From assembly GCF_001194135.2 (NCBI RefSeq), contig NC_068989.1, forward strand, positions 38,746,026 to 38,810,025: a DNA stretch of 64,000 nt, in the 5' to 3' direction. The DNA comes from Octopus bimaculoides (taxonomy: Eukaryota). The first letter of the stretch is position 1. Each line of letters begins with the position of its first letter. A model generated the notes under the pieces. That model saw nothing but the letters and a program-made list of their open reading frames with translations. It ran no database searches and was not told where the DNA came from. The position numbers and the translations under genes are program-made. Shown here piece after piece: positions 39,295 to 52,705 of the stretch.

Positions 39295-42200
39295 TTATTT
39301 TCCTATGTACTTTTATGTGCCTGTTTGTCTTCATTGCACTGTGGATGATCGCATGTATCAAATTGGTTGTTTATTTGTCAGCATGTCACAGTGTATGATA
39401 GTGTATAAATTTGTGTGTGATAACCAGAATATTTATGAGTATATTATATTATGTATTTGTATATGTATTACTCTGTAATTATATGAGAGTTTGTGAGTAA
39501 GATTGTCTAAATGCCACTGTGATCATATTTGAGCTTATGTGTATTCGTATGATTTATACGTGAGTTCATGTTTACATTGGAGTCTACCTACAAAACTGTG
39601 TGATTAACATTACTATGTGTCTGTATCTTATTCCTTATATGTCTTTGACTATCCATTGTACCTTTTGTGAGTTCAAGCATACTTTTATTTTATATGAACA
39701 GATGTATCAATGTATGGAAATATTCTGATGGTAACGATGATGGTGGTTGAAATTGGAATAGATTTAATAAGGGTGGTGATAGTAGAGATGGCAGTATAAT
39801 GGCAGTAATGTTTGTATCATTAATTATGAAATAATTGTGTAGGTAACAGTGGTAGTGCTGTTAATGATAGTGATAGTGAGGGTTATTTTATCAGTGATGC
39901 TATAATGATAGATTGTGACAGCAATGGTATGGAGAAAACTGAATTGGTATGAGGTAAAACTGAATGGTAAATTGCAAAGGTGATGGAAGTTATTGATTAT
40001 TTCCTAAAATATCCTGGTAATTATCTAAAACATTAGACTTTTAACTTGACATGATTTTTATTTAATAGAGACTCAGTTGATTTTTCACTCCATTATTTTA
40101 GACATTTTAACACCTAAGACTACAAAATTTTCATCATAAAAACCTATGCCTTTATTACCAGATAATTGGTCAAAAATAAAGGTTTATAAATTGAATCATA
40201 GTCCTAAACTAAATTGTGTAAAGTTGTACAATAAGAGAATATCAACAGTGAACTCTTGCAGAACTTTAAACTCTTCTACCCAGACTATAGATTTACATTT
40301 ATATCTGCTGTTACAGTTACAGTGGGCTATATAACCATGTATTCCCATAAAATCTAAGGAAAGCAACGAGATTTGTAACCTTCAAATTATGAGTGAAAAT
40401 TTATAAAATGTTCCCAAAATTCTGCTTTAAAGTTTCCTAGGATGCACATATACAAATGTGTGTGACATCTGCACACATAGTTGTCACACGCTTGTGTATT
40501 GAAGTATCATACAAATCAGCTGCATTGGTGCAAATATATCTTCACAAACACCTACATATACATGCCTATTATTTCACATGTTTACCAACATCTGAAGCTA
40601 ACCTGACTCAAACAAAAAAGCTTGTTAATGACTGGCTGAAAATCATTTAAGAACTTGGAGATATATGAAGAAAAACTCAATGCAAATCTTAGAGATGTAT
40701 GAAGAAAAACTATAAACAAGTCTCACTGCATATCTTTCAAAAGCTTAACCATTATTCTAATATCTGATGAGGAATGTCATAAGTTTTTAGAGATAAATGA
40801 AAATATAGGATGGCTCTTGTAACAAGAGGTAAATAACCAGAAAATATTAAATGTTAATAAAAAAAAGTATGATCATCAGCTTTCTTCAAACACTAGACAG
40901 TTGCTAAATGACTGTTAGTTAGCAATATACTAATTAGCATTGCCTTTCTCATTTCTAAAAATTTCCAAATGATCCTTACTAAAAATTACCACCCAGAGTA
41001 GCATCTATAAGATAGACACCAGATGCCTCAAATTGTTCTTACAAAATTACTGTACCACCAACAATATTTAAACACCTAGTCAAGTGGGGAGGGAAGATGG
41101 GTGTGTGGAACAGTCTAAAGCAGTTATAATAATTTGACAATCTAGGAAAAACAGTAAAGAAGCACAGGAAGTTGGTAATTAGTGTAGCTAGACTACCAGA
41201 AAGCCTTGATAGTCTAATGAGTTATCAAAACATAATACCTAACCAAAGTATGATAACCACTAGTTGCTGTTAATATCTAAACAAGTCAAATTCTACCAAG
41301 GTCAACTGTGCCTTTCATCCTTTTGGTGGTAAACTAAGTACCAGTTGAGCACTGGGATCGATTTAATCGACACATCCCTCCCTTGAAGTTGCTGGCCTTG
41401 TGCCAAAACTTGAAAGCAATAAATAAACAAGTCTTGATACTTCTCAGAGGTGATAATCAACAAATTAAATCTGACACTATGCATATTTATAAAAAAGTGT
41501 TCTGCAGGGTCACAGCATGGTAGTACTGCTTTATGTCTTTAAGCTCATTATCATACTTGTTCACAAAGCGTAGTGCTTATAGTTATAGATGCTCGAATCC
41601 AGAAACAGCTCTCACCCTCTTTCTGTAGATATGAAGCTGTTTGGGCCAAATGTTAACCACATTAGAAGACAGTTTCTATGTGATGTTGACACTTTGATAT
41701 TTATTACCTAAAGAATAGTTAAAACATGTAAAGTATTTCTTATCAATACAAACACGGAAAATGTTGGGACAATGATTTTGCAAATGACAAGAATATGAGC
41801 AAATTGTTCTCAGTTGAAAGCTTGCGATTAGAAATTGTTTTCTCATGAAGCTATATTTATTTGAAATTTCAAAAATTAAAATGTAAAATTCAAAGTACAA
41901 GCAAATCTAGGCTTTCTATTTTAAAAGTATATTATGTAAAAAGTTTTTGAAATTTGAAAGATAAATTTAAACTTAAATTACACTTTATGAAAAGAGTGTC
42001 AGAGGTGCATTAGATATATCCAAATGGATGCCAATTATAACAATTTTCATTAAACTTAAAACTGAAAATTCAAATTGAAATTTTTAAAAATTCAACTAAG
42101 ATGTAAAATTTCAAGTACAAGTAAATGAAAAATATTTATTTTCAAAAGTGCTAAGTGAAAATATGTTTTTGAAAGTAAGTTGTCTGAAGAGTATATTGTT

Positions 42201-43415
42201 GAGAATATATCTAATGTATATTGATTGAAAAGTATATTACAGAATATTTTTATTGGATGGAATATATATTTTGCAATAAATTAATTATTTAAAATGTATA
42301 TTGTATATATATGTATATTATATTATAATATATTAAAACTGCATTGTATGGAAAGTATTATCATGTAATAATATATGTGGATAAATATTGGGCATCAATG
42401 CATTGTGTGAAATGCATACTGTGTATAGAATATATTGTGTGGTATGTTTATTACATGATTTAAATACGTATCAGATATGAATATGAATATTAATCTATGT
42501 GGAAAAGGAATTAAAAAAAGTTTTAAAAAGTTAAAGTACATAAAATAGAAATTTAAACAATTCAGTATTGTTGCAAAAAAAAAAAAAAAAGAAATGTGTT
42601 ACTGAAAATAAATGCCAAATTAAAAGTTTATTATGTGAAAGTAATGTTACATTAAAGTATAATTGTGTGAAATATCAAAAATGTGTTGTCTAAAATGTGT
42701 ACGTCATCAAAAATACATTATATGGAAAGTATATGAAGTGAAAAACATTGTGTGGGAAGTGTATTTTGTGAAAATATATTGTAATTTATTAAAAATGAAT
42801 TAGCATTTTTTTAGAAATACTAAAAATTTCAAATTATAATTTTTTTGTGTGAAAATGGTTTGTGAAAATCTTTTATGTGAAAAAATATTAGTATTTAAGA
42901 GGAATCATTAGGAAATCTAATACAATAGCATTATACATGAATATTACTTCATGTTATTTGAATTGGTAGCAACCCCTGGTAATATTTTCAGCATATTCTA
43001 AGCATTAAAAAAAAAAACGAACTTTTATATGTGTTGGTCTGAGAAGTAAGTGCATACCTATAGATTTTGTTGCATTTCCTAGTGCAACAACTTTATCAAT
43101 TGCTTACAGACATTTGCTTACAAAGTCATTTAAGTTAAGGGGAAGTGGATGAATATAATCTAAATAGATCTTTTTGGCAAAGAACCAGAAAAATCAACTG
43201 CTATTTAAAAGGTGATAAAACTTAGGAATCAAGTCATGTACTAAAGCATTTTTGTGTCTGGTGGACATCATGTGTTTATTGTGGGGAAAATACCACTTAT
43301 AAACAGTGGGCATGTTTACCACTTGTTCATTGACAATACATTTGAAGTACACTTGTGAATGAATCTCTTGAATCATTTAATATTGTGGAGTTTAGTTGGG
43401 CAATGGTTTTATGTT

Positions 43416-43487
<72 letters not shown>

Positions 43488-43972
43488 CCTGTGTGTGCAT
43501 ACAATGGGCTTCTATGCAGTTTTTGCTCATAAATCAAATCGAGGCTATGGAAAGAGATTCTTGGCTAACATACAATGCATCTATAAGGGTCTCTGCTTTT
43601 TGGAGTTGGATGGGCTCAAAACTGCTGTACTTAGACATTACTATGCTACTTACATTTCCTACTTTCATTTCCTTTGTTGTGTCCTACCATCCTGGCTTTG
43701 CACTGTTCCTTCCCAGAACATCAGCCTTATGGAATTCCCACACTTTCATATCTTTCCTGTAAGTGTTGACTTACAAAAGTTCAAAATGACCATTAATAGG
43801 CTCGATCTCACTTGCCTGGAATGGCCTGCAAAGTTTGTGTGTGTGAGTGCATGTTTCTTTCTTTTCATCAAATAATAGAAGTGAAGTGAGAGAATAAATG
43901 TTTGTTCCATTTGGTGACAGTTGTTTCACAACCTGTGTTTGTCACATAAGCAGTGCTACACAATCCTTATCT

Positions 43973-44170
<198 letters not shown>

Positions 44171-46734
44171 AAAAAGCAAATTGTGTTGTAGCATAACAAA
44201 CAGATTACACATCAGAACGTTTCATAGGAACTCAAAACACTAGATTCTGCTATAAAATAGCAAATAATTTCATTATGCAATCACAGATAATCTATTTGTA
44301 TATTTTTATATATATGACAGATGATGTAGCATTGTTTATTCAAATAACAAATATTACAAAACAGCTGTCAAAAAATGGAATGAACAACTATTCTTTCACC
44401 TCACCTCTCTTATCCAATCAATTTTTATACATACCCTCCACTTTTGTGACTCCTGGGTTTTCAGAATGATTGTGAAGTTTTAGCCTGGTCTTAACCTTTG
44501 TTTTTCTTGATAGCTGCACATCAGGCAAAGAGCTTACTGTAAGCCCTGTTTGATTCTTTGTACCCCTTGTCTTGTGTGTGTGTGTGTGTATGTGTTTGTG
44601 TGCGTGCATCCACACATGTATAGAGAGAAATCAGTCCAGGTGCAGGTCTGTTTCCATGCCACCTGTTGTCAGGGGAGTCTCATGAGAAGTGGTGGTAGAG
44701 ATTAAAGTTGTCTGCACCAAGATTGAAGTACAAATACATCTTATGCCGTGTCTTTCAACAAAACAATACTAATTTAATTCCTTAAAATATTTTGCAGGCC
44801 TTCAGGATTAGTATTACTAATGATCAGCAGTGATAATGATTCATATTAATATGCAAATAGGTCTGAATTTATCTTATTGCAAATTTTGTGCAAATATACC
44901 TTAATTTATCTTGTGGCTCATACACCAAAGACAAAGTAGATGAATGGTAATGAAAACTTTATCAATAACAAAACGGAATGCAAATGTTAGCACACAGCTA
45001 GCGCACCCTGACAACGTAGAAGGAGCAGTCTCTATCCACAGCTAAATTATTTCCTGGCTGCTAAAGAAACCTGACATTGACTGTAAAAAAATTTAGATCT
45101 GGCAGTAACAACATAATCATTAAAGCAACATTATTCCCATGATTTTTGTTTGCTATAAAATAGCAATAACTGCCACCACTAATAATCACTTGATGTAGCA
45201 GAGAAGTCTGAGGAAATCAGGAAACATTGATAGAGCTAAGGACTTTATTGTTTCAAACTTAAAATAAAGGACTAATAAAGAAATACAAAAAATATATAGA
45301 TAAAAATGATAAAGCCTTTTAATGTGTTTAAGAGAAATACTGACCCCAAAAATGTGTGTGTGAGAGAGAGAGGGGGAGGGAAAGAGAGAGAGAGAAAACT
45401 CTAGTCTAAACAGATTATTGAAGTGAAGGTTGATTTGTCAATTTATAGTCATGTAGCAAATTTTTATTTGTGAATTCATAGCCCTACAGCAGCACCACAT
45501 CGTATCTATGACCAAGAATTTCTTAAAATGGTTCTGTATTTTAAATCCTAAAATACTGGTCCACCTAGCTGAAAATAGATACAAAATAGAAAAAGCAATG
45601 TAATCCCTTTCGGGAAATAGTAGTAGAACTTGTTGAAATCAGACTGTACAGCATCTTTTAAAAAACATCATCAGACAAGTAATCTCAGATGCATGTTGTT
45701 TGAATAAAAGATAGGATGGTCAAAAATGGAATGCCTTTGAACATTGGTCTGCTCAGCCAGAGATGATATGGCATAAACAACAAAAAGCTGTACATGCATT
45801 GTTCAACTGACAAATAGATAAAAAAATGGCAAAACTGGGTTTAACTCTTCTAGTGGATCTGATGAAACCACTCTGGTGAAACTGCTCTAGTATTTATCAA
45901 CAGAATATACAGATTATTGGCAACACCAAATCTGAATGAGATTTGAATAAGCTGAAATCCTAATTCTCTGATTGTAAGACTCATTTTATCTCTGAGATTA
46001 ATAACTTTAAAATTGTTTCAAAGCAAGGATAAGTAGATATTCTTGCACACCTATTTGTGTATATCATATAATTTATCTTGCTTCATTTTGCTAAATCTTC
46101 TCTTATGGATGATTAATTCAGGCTATCTCCTAATGTAAATAATATGACAAAGAGAACATACATGTTTTATTCATGACTAAAATTTAGCAATCTATGTATC
46201 TGGTATAATTGTCTTGTAAATTTTAAAATCCTTTTAAGCATGCCATAAGTAAGCCTGTTTCAATCATGAGCCCTAATTTGGAATTATCGCAAATAAAATA
46301 ACTTCGCGTATAAAAGTTTTAGCATGACACCCTTCTAAAATTAATGATATACCATTAATGATATGCCTGCCATAAATTTCCTGGTGGAGTTTGCCTAGAA
46401 AATGTGTAAACCAAATGAAAATATCAGAATCATAATCCTTCAAGCAGATTTTGAAGGAGTATTATCATGTTGTATATTATGTATTTGAGTTGAGAAAGAT
46501 GTTATATAAAAAGAAAGACGCTTTTAAAATATTCTATATATTTAATATTATGTAATAACAAATTCATAGCAGCAAGGCCCAATAATTTGACTGGTGAAAG
46601 ATCTCAATATCATTATGCTTGTCACTAATATGTTTAGTTGAGATTTTCTTGCCATCCATGATGAAAATATGTACGACTCAAAAAAACTTCCACTACACTA
46701 TCAGTCTCCTTTTTCTTAAAAATGAAGGATATTA

Positions 46735-46905
46735 ATCTTATTTCAGTCACTGGACTGTGGTCATGTTGAGACAACATCTTGAAAGTTTTAGTCAAACAAA
46801 TTTATACCAGTGCATTTTGCTGAACTGCTAAGTTACAGGGATGTAAAGAAGCCACATTGGTTCTCAGGTGGTGGTGGTGGGACAAACTGAAACAAAAAGA
46901 CACAC
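46735..46905 (-). mobile_element. SINE 3' portion (same family as 24,600-24,825)
   Basis: ttcagtcactggactgtggtcatg...ctaagttacagggatgtaaag...ggacaaac matches the 24.6-24.8 kb copy. Confidence 0.6.
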
Positions 46906-46912
46906 ACATGCT

Positions 46913-47327
46913 TAAACAACAGTAGCATCGTCCCATATGGGTTAGCTACAATTAGGTGGGAAATATACTTCATGATGTCATGCTGCTACAGTTTACATTT
47001 CGCTCAGAGATTTATTATTGCTTATTTCTCCTTTTTCGAGATCAGCGATGGTTTGTCACTGGAAAAAACATATAGTATTTTGCATTTAGAATCAGTTCTC
47101 ATCCCTAGCTGGTGAGTGTCACATGCTGATGATGGGTTACTACCCAGAAACCTAGGTCCATGTGTATCAAGTAAGGCTAGAGATGGGAACAATGATTTTG
47201 TTTCGCAAATACTGATTGAACACATACAGTGTGACATTAGCCAGCTGGAGGAGATGTCTACCTGGGGCTATAAACAACAGTAGCATCGTCCCATTTGGGT
47301 CAGCCACATTTAGGTGGCAAATATACT

Positions 47328-47330
<3 letters not shown>
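46913..47330 (+). mobile_element. Candidate non-LTR retrozyme: 358-bp non-coding unit plus 60-bp terminal redundancy, containing a hammerhead ribozyme
   Basis: Direct repeats 46,913-46,972 and 47,271-47,330 (55/60 identical); type I HHR inside; nested complementarity along the unit; no PLE coding motifs seen. Confidence 0.75.
47095..47190 (+). ncRNA. Type I hammerhead ribozyme with extended helix I
   Basis: CACATG-CTGATGA-TGGGT(TACT)ACCCA-GAAA-C(CTAG)GTC-CATGTG. All conserved core bases are present; helix I 6 bp, helix II 5 bp, minimal helix III with palindromic loop. A distal helix pairs 47,095-47,109 with 47,176-47,190 (14/15 pairs). Confidence 0.9.
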
Positions 47331-47378
<48 letters not shown>

Positions 47379-47574
47379 ATATATAATAATATAGATTTAA
47401 TCAAAAGATTAAATGTGGTACTTAAAATGTTTGAGGCACCAGAATTTGGTAGGATAAAAACCAAAAACAAAATCAAGAGATTTGGTGAATAAAATTTGAA
47501 GATAAGCAACAAAAATTCAATAGGTTATAGCAGTACGTACGTTTCGTACAAGCTCCATTTATTCATGTAGTGAG

Positions 47575-48730
47575 AACACCACAGAATGTACAATGAAAAT
47601 GTATTCCTCAGTTAGAGTTCGGCTCTTTCTCTATGGACAAGAAATACAGAAATGAAACTGATTGATAACATACATACATACATAGATAACCTAGAGTACA
47701 TTCCCAAAAAAGTCACACAACTCTACTGCAGCATATCATCAGATGACAGGATGAGCCTATATGAGCAGAAGACTATGCATGGATATGTTAGTAGAAAGCT
47801 CTGTGATGATAGTAACATCAATCATCAACGCAGTTTATCATGGACGAATAGCCGGATAATTACCTCCCACTTTGAATGGTATGTGTTTGCAATCTAGGAA
47901 CAGGAAATATCAACCAAGTACCTGATGCACAAAAGGGATACAGATGTAGGAAATGCCATAAAATGTGACAACCAATGTAGACTTTGTGAAGATATTACCC
48001 ACATCATAAGCAGTGTCTGTAAATGTCATCACGGTATTATCTACTGATGAAATATGACTAGGACACTCTATAATGAAATTCGTCAGAAGGATAATCCCAA
48101 GGACAAAGAAATAAAAACCCACAATATGGTAGAAGCCATAGCCACTCATAATGAAAAGGAAAACTGGTGGAATGTACCAGTGAAGACCTCAATAAAATGT
48201 AAGCACAACAGACCTGATATAAGGATTTGGGATAGAGAAGAGAAATGGTGCACAGTTGTGGAAATTAGCTACCCAGTGGATGTTAGAATAAAGCTGAAGA
48301 TCAGTGAAAAAGAGAACACCTATGCTGAACTATTGAGAAATCTGTAGTTACTCTATCCAGATTACAAGTTCAGGTTTATTGGGGCCCTGGGATATGAAAC
48401 ACACTGCCTAAATACCAATCTTGAGAAATTAAGCTTCTCAAAACCGGAAAGGAGAAAGCTAATTCAAAGGCTACAGATCCAATTCATCACTTAAACTGTA
48501 AAAATCTGTAAACTCTCCAGAAGTTTATCATTTAAATATATATGAGCATGTCTAGATATGTAATTCTATACATGAGAATACATACATAAAATATACAAAT
48601 CTGCACATACATACATACATACATACATACATACCCTGTTGTTGAAATTCCAAGGAAAGAACATTGGATCTGGGTTACAAACTGGTTCTTTCTCTGTTGG
48701 CAAGAAATCTTGAAATAAACTGAATAATCA
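47575..48730 (+). mobile_element. 5'-truncated R4/Dong-like non-LTR retrotransposon (CCHC knuckle + restriction-like endonuclease)
   Basis: EQEISTKYL..CDNQCRLC-EDITHIISS(V)C; WWNVPVKTSIKCKHNRPDIRIWD..CTVVEISYP..KENTYAELL..GALG; 3' end aataaactgaataat abuts (CATA)n. Confidence 0.8.
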
Positions 48731-49449
48731 CATACATACATACATACATACGACTGTGTTGTTGAGAGGCCCACTTTCCAACTACATGGCTTCAGGTTCA
48801 GTCCTTCTGTACACCTTGGGCAAGTATCTTGTACTATAACCCCAGACCAACCAATGTCTTACAAGTGAATTTGGTAACCAGAAACTGTGTGGAAGAACAT
48901 CATGTATGTGCGTGTGTGTGTGCACACATGTTTTTGTGTTTTTGTGTTCGTGTTTGTATATGCCCAGATAAGTTATCAAAAGAAACTGATTGAATGAGTA
49001 CCAAACTTCATAAAATAAATATGGGGGTGGATTTTTTGACTAAACTCTTTAAAGCTGTGCTCCAGCATGACTGCAGTCTAGTAGCTGAAACAAATATATA
49101 AAGATTCACATGATGTTGTAGTACATCTTATTGATAATGAATTTCATTTCACAACCACAAGGTCCTTTGTCTTATGTGGCATCATAGGCAAATGTCTTTT
49201 TCTGCAGCTTGTGGTCAACTCATACTTTGGAAGGGAAAGTGAGTTGACAGAAAAACCTGTTGGATGCATAGTGCCTGTAGCTCAAAGGTGCAGGCTTGTC
49301 ATATATATTGCACTGATTCTGCCTGAAAAAAGTTACGTTAAGATATGAATGTATGTCAAATGCTCAACCACTTCCACATTAATCAAAGTGCACATAATTC
49401 AGTTGATAAAACAACTGAATCCTCATAGAATGATCGAAATTCACCACTA

Positions 49450-49492
<43 letters not shown>

Positions 49493-49899
49493 TATAAACA
49501 CATACAAACTCACACACATACGTGCACACACACACACAAATACACATATATGCACATACACACATGCATATATACAAGCATGTATAATATATATTTAAGG
49601 CACTAGCAATTGCTTTAGGGCTGGTGCTAATATATATGCTCCCAGCACAAACTGTAAAGAGCTTAGTGAATCAGTAGAGACATTGAAATATCCAATAGAC
49701 TTTTAATCTTACTGAGGACATGATTTCCTCTCTAAATTTGTTTTATTACATTTTGTAAGTGCTGTTAAGTGAGACTTGATCCCTCTAACTCATCTAGGAG
49801 GACAAATACTCTAAATAAGAGATGATTTGGACTGTGGCAACTCATCTAACTCATGTTAACAGAAAATGCCAAAATGAAATGATAATAATTACATATCCA

Positions 49900-50640
49900 C
49901 TCGGGAAATGAATTGCTCTGTACATAGAAATGGAGAGGATAGGAACTCCATATGTTGTCTCCAGTGTGAGATATTGACGCACAAGAAATGTTGTGGAATC
50001 ACTGACAAAGCTAATAGAGAAGACACACTTGGCATGTGGCAGGTGTACAAAAAGGATAAGTATTAAGAACACAGGGGAAATTGATTCTTTGAAATGTTCA
50101 GAAGGCTCTCTCTAAAAATAAAATAGTTGATAGCTTCTACTACCTTGGTGTTCAAATTGATGATCTGAGAGGATAAGAGCTAGCGTTAGAAAAGGTTAGA
50201 AAAAGTTCAGTGAGCTATTACCATTGCTGGTAACAAAGGTTTTCTCTCTTAGAGTGAAGGACAGATGTGGAGTTTGAACTATGATCCTACTTGGTAATGA
50301 GATGTAGTTCTTGAATGCAGAAGACTAGTGAACACTAGAAAGAACTTAAACAAGCATTACACATTCACTGGATGTTAGAGTACAAATAAGCTCAGAGAAA
50401 AATTGGGTAAGTGATATCAGGCGTAATGTGCAGGAAAAAGGCTGTACAGGTATGGGCATGTGATGTGTATAAATGTATATAGAATGTAGAGCTCTCTTAG
50501 TGGAACCTGTGGAAGAGGGAATCTGAGGAAGGCTTGGGATAAAATAATAAAGATTGATATGAAAATGCTGCATTGCATGGAAGATATAACAAAGGACCAT
50601 ATTGATGTGGTATTGAAAAAGACATGACCATCGATGTAAG
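49900..50640 (+). mobile_element. Old RTE LINE C-terminal remnant
   Basis: RVKG motif and SGTCGRGNLRKAWDKIIKID (cf. GTCGRGRPRKMWDEVVKHD). Confidence 0.6.
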
Positions 50641-50696
50641 CATGGCAAAATATACATTAAATCAGAGTAGTACTAAATACTGGGATCTGTTTCTTT

Positions 50697-50737
<41 letters not shown>

Positions 50738-51705
50738 GTGTATGTGTGTGTTTGCACAGCCTGCCAAGCCTATATTTGCTGCCCTCTTCTCATCAATTGT
50801 CACTCATCTTCCTCTTTCACCTATATCTCCACTAAATCATTCATTTCTCTATCACTCATATGTTTCCATCACTCATCTCCCCACCACACATACCACTGGT
50901 ATAATGGCAGATAGCACAGAGCCTGTGTGCATTCAATGCCCCTGCCATCCACCCACTTATAACATTTTCCTCTCTCTTTCAGTCATCACTAGGCTTTATC
51001 TATAAAAGACTTCTTTAACCCATTTTTACTCAGTACACACTGCCTTCACCATATCTGCATTGCCATTTTTCATTCTTTTCTCCTTGGATCACTCTTTTTA
51101 TCTTTAAGCAAGGGACTTAACTTCATGTTACTCCAGTCTATGCAGCTGAAAATGGATCACACTTATTGTCATCCATCACTTACTCTCACTTATGTTCACC
51201 TTTTCCATTATCCATCACTTCTTTTCCCCACATCTTCACCCAAGCCACTCTGTCCCTAACATCATACTCTTACACTTTTCATCCACCTATTCTGGACTCT
51301 CTCCTCTTCCCCTCTTTGATCACATTACCTGGGTTAAAGTATATGTATTATGGTACATTTACAGTATTCAAGGCAAGCTCACCAATACTGATGGCATGAC
51401 AAAAGCCACTCTGCCTGACACACCCTGTGTGTTAAGTGTGAGGCAAGGGAGCAGAGGAAGAGTAATGGTTGGGAGGTTCCTTTAATCTAGCAGCCTCTTC
51501 AGAGTTGATGGTACAAAAATATGCATCCAGTACACAACTGTACATTAGTTAGTGATATGAAGGGTGTCTAGCTGTAAAAAGCATATTAAATCTAAAACTT
51601 TCAAGCAAGATGTGGAGTTCCAACCTGTTGGATCCTGCCAAAACTTCCAAGTCATGTGTGTGTGTGTATATATACAAACACACGTGCAAATATATATATA
51701 TATTT

Positions 51706-51750
<45 letters not shown>

Positions 51751-51808
51751 AATAGATATATCACCATCTTCCAAGTCATGTGTGTGTATGTATATATACA
51801 CACACATT

Positions 51809-51865
<57 letters not shown>

Positions 51866-52544
51866 TACATACAAAAATATTAACTATTTGTGTGTGTAGG
51901 TATTTTCATATACACTTACACATACACAAAAAAATATATGCATTCATACAGAAAGCATGAAAAGGATAGGTAACAATTGTGAATATTAAATGTACATATA
52001 CACACATGTTTATCAGTTAAAGAAAAAGCGAACTATATATTCACATCATAATATTGATGATCACATATCTATTTTTCCTTACTCTAATTTTAAATTCTAT
52101 TGTTATTAATTTTTCATGAATGTAAACATTTCATCATAATTCTCTATGACTCAATTCTGTTTTCAGTCTTTTGTGTTTGGTTATAAAATACTCCAGGTTT
52201 TCTCATCATTTCATTTACTTGTTCTGTGGGTTATACTTTTTCTTTTAATCTTGTGGTTTCTTTGTCTGTGCACCAAACAATTTTTTTTCACTCCTTCTAG
52301 TGTTTCCAATGGTACATAATGTTTTGAATCAATATCACATGTTTAATTTCCAGATATTTTGCATTCTCATTTCATAGAAAACATCTGAAAAGAATCTATT
52401 ATGTCAGCTTCTTAAATATATCTATACAACACACAACACAAATATATCTTCTCCAACACACAAACAAACAGCTCTCACTCATAAGTGAGTATGACTTAGA
52501 AGCATGTACCACACTTTCACTAATTGTTTTAGATGCATGTATAG

Positions 52545-52705
52545 TACTTAGCAAGGGATGAGAGGGTGTCTATAACCTACTAAGTGAAATACTCATAAAT
52601 ACTCATTTTCAGCTGTATAGACTGGAGCAGCATGAAACTAAGACACAAAGGATTCAAACTGACAACCTTATAATAACAAGCTCAACTGCCTAACTACTAG
52701 GCCAT
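52545..52705 (-). mobile_element. tRNA-derived SINE fragment
   Basis: Minus gcatggcctagtagttaagg head and tcagctgtatagactggagca core, as in the 28.3 kb copy. Confidence 0.5.

Noticed and set aside
45859-45893. CTGATGA-a-acc(actct)ggt-GAAAC..GTA
   Set aside because: Extra base before helix II and no helix I pairing; not a credible active ribozyme.
47022-47237. 71-aa minus-strand ORF over the retrozyme
   Set aside because: Antisense to a structured RNA, with no protein motif.
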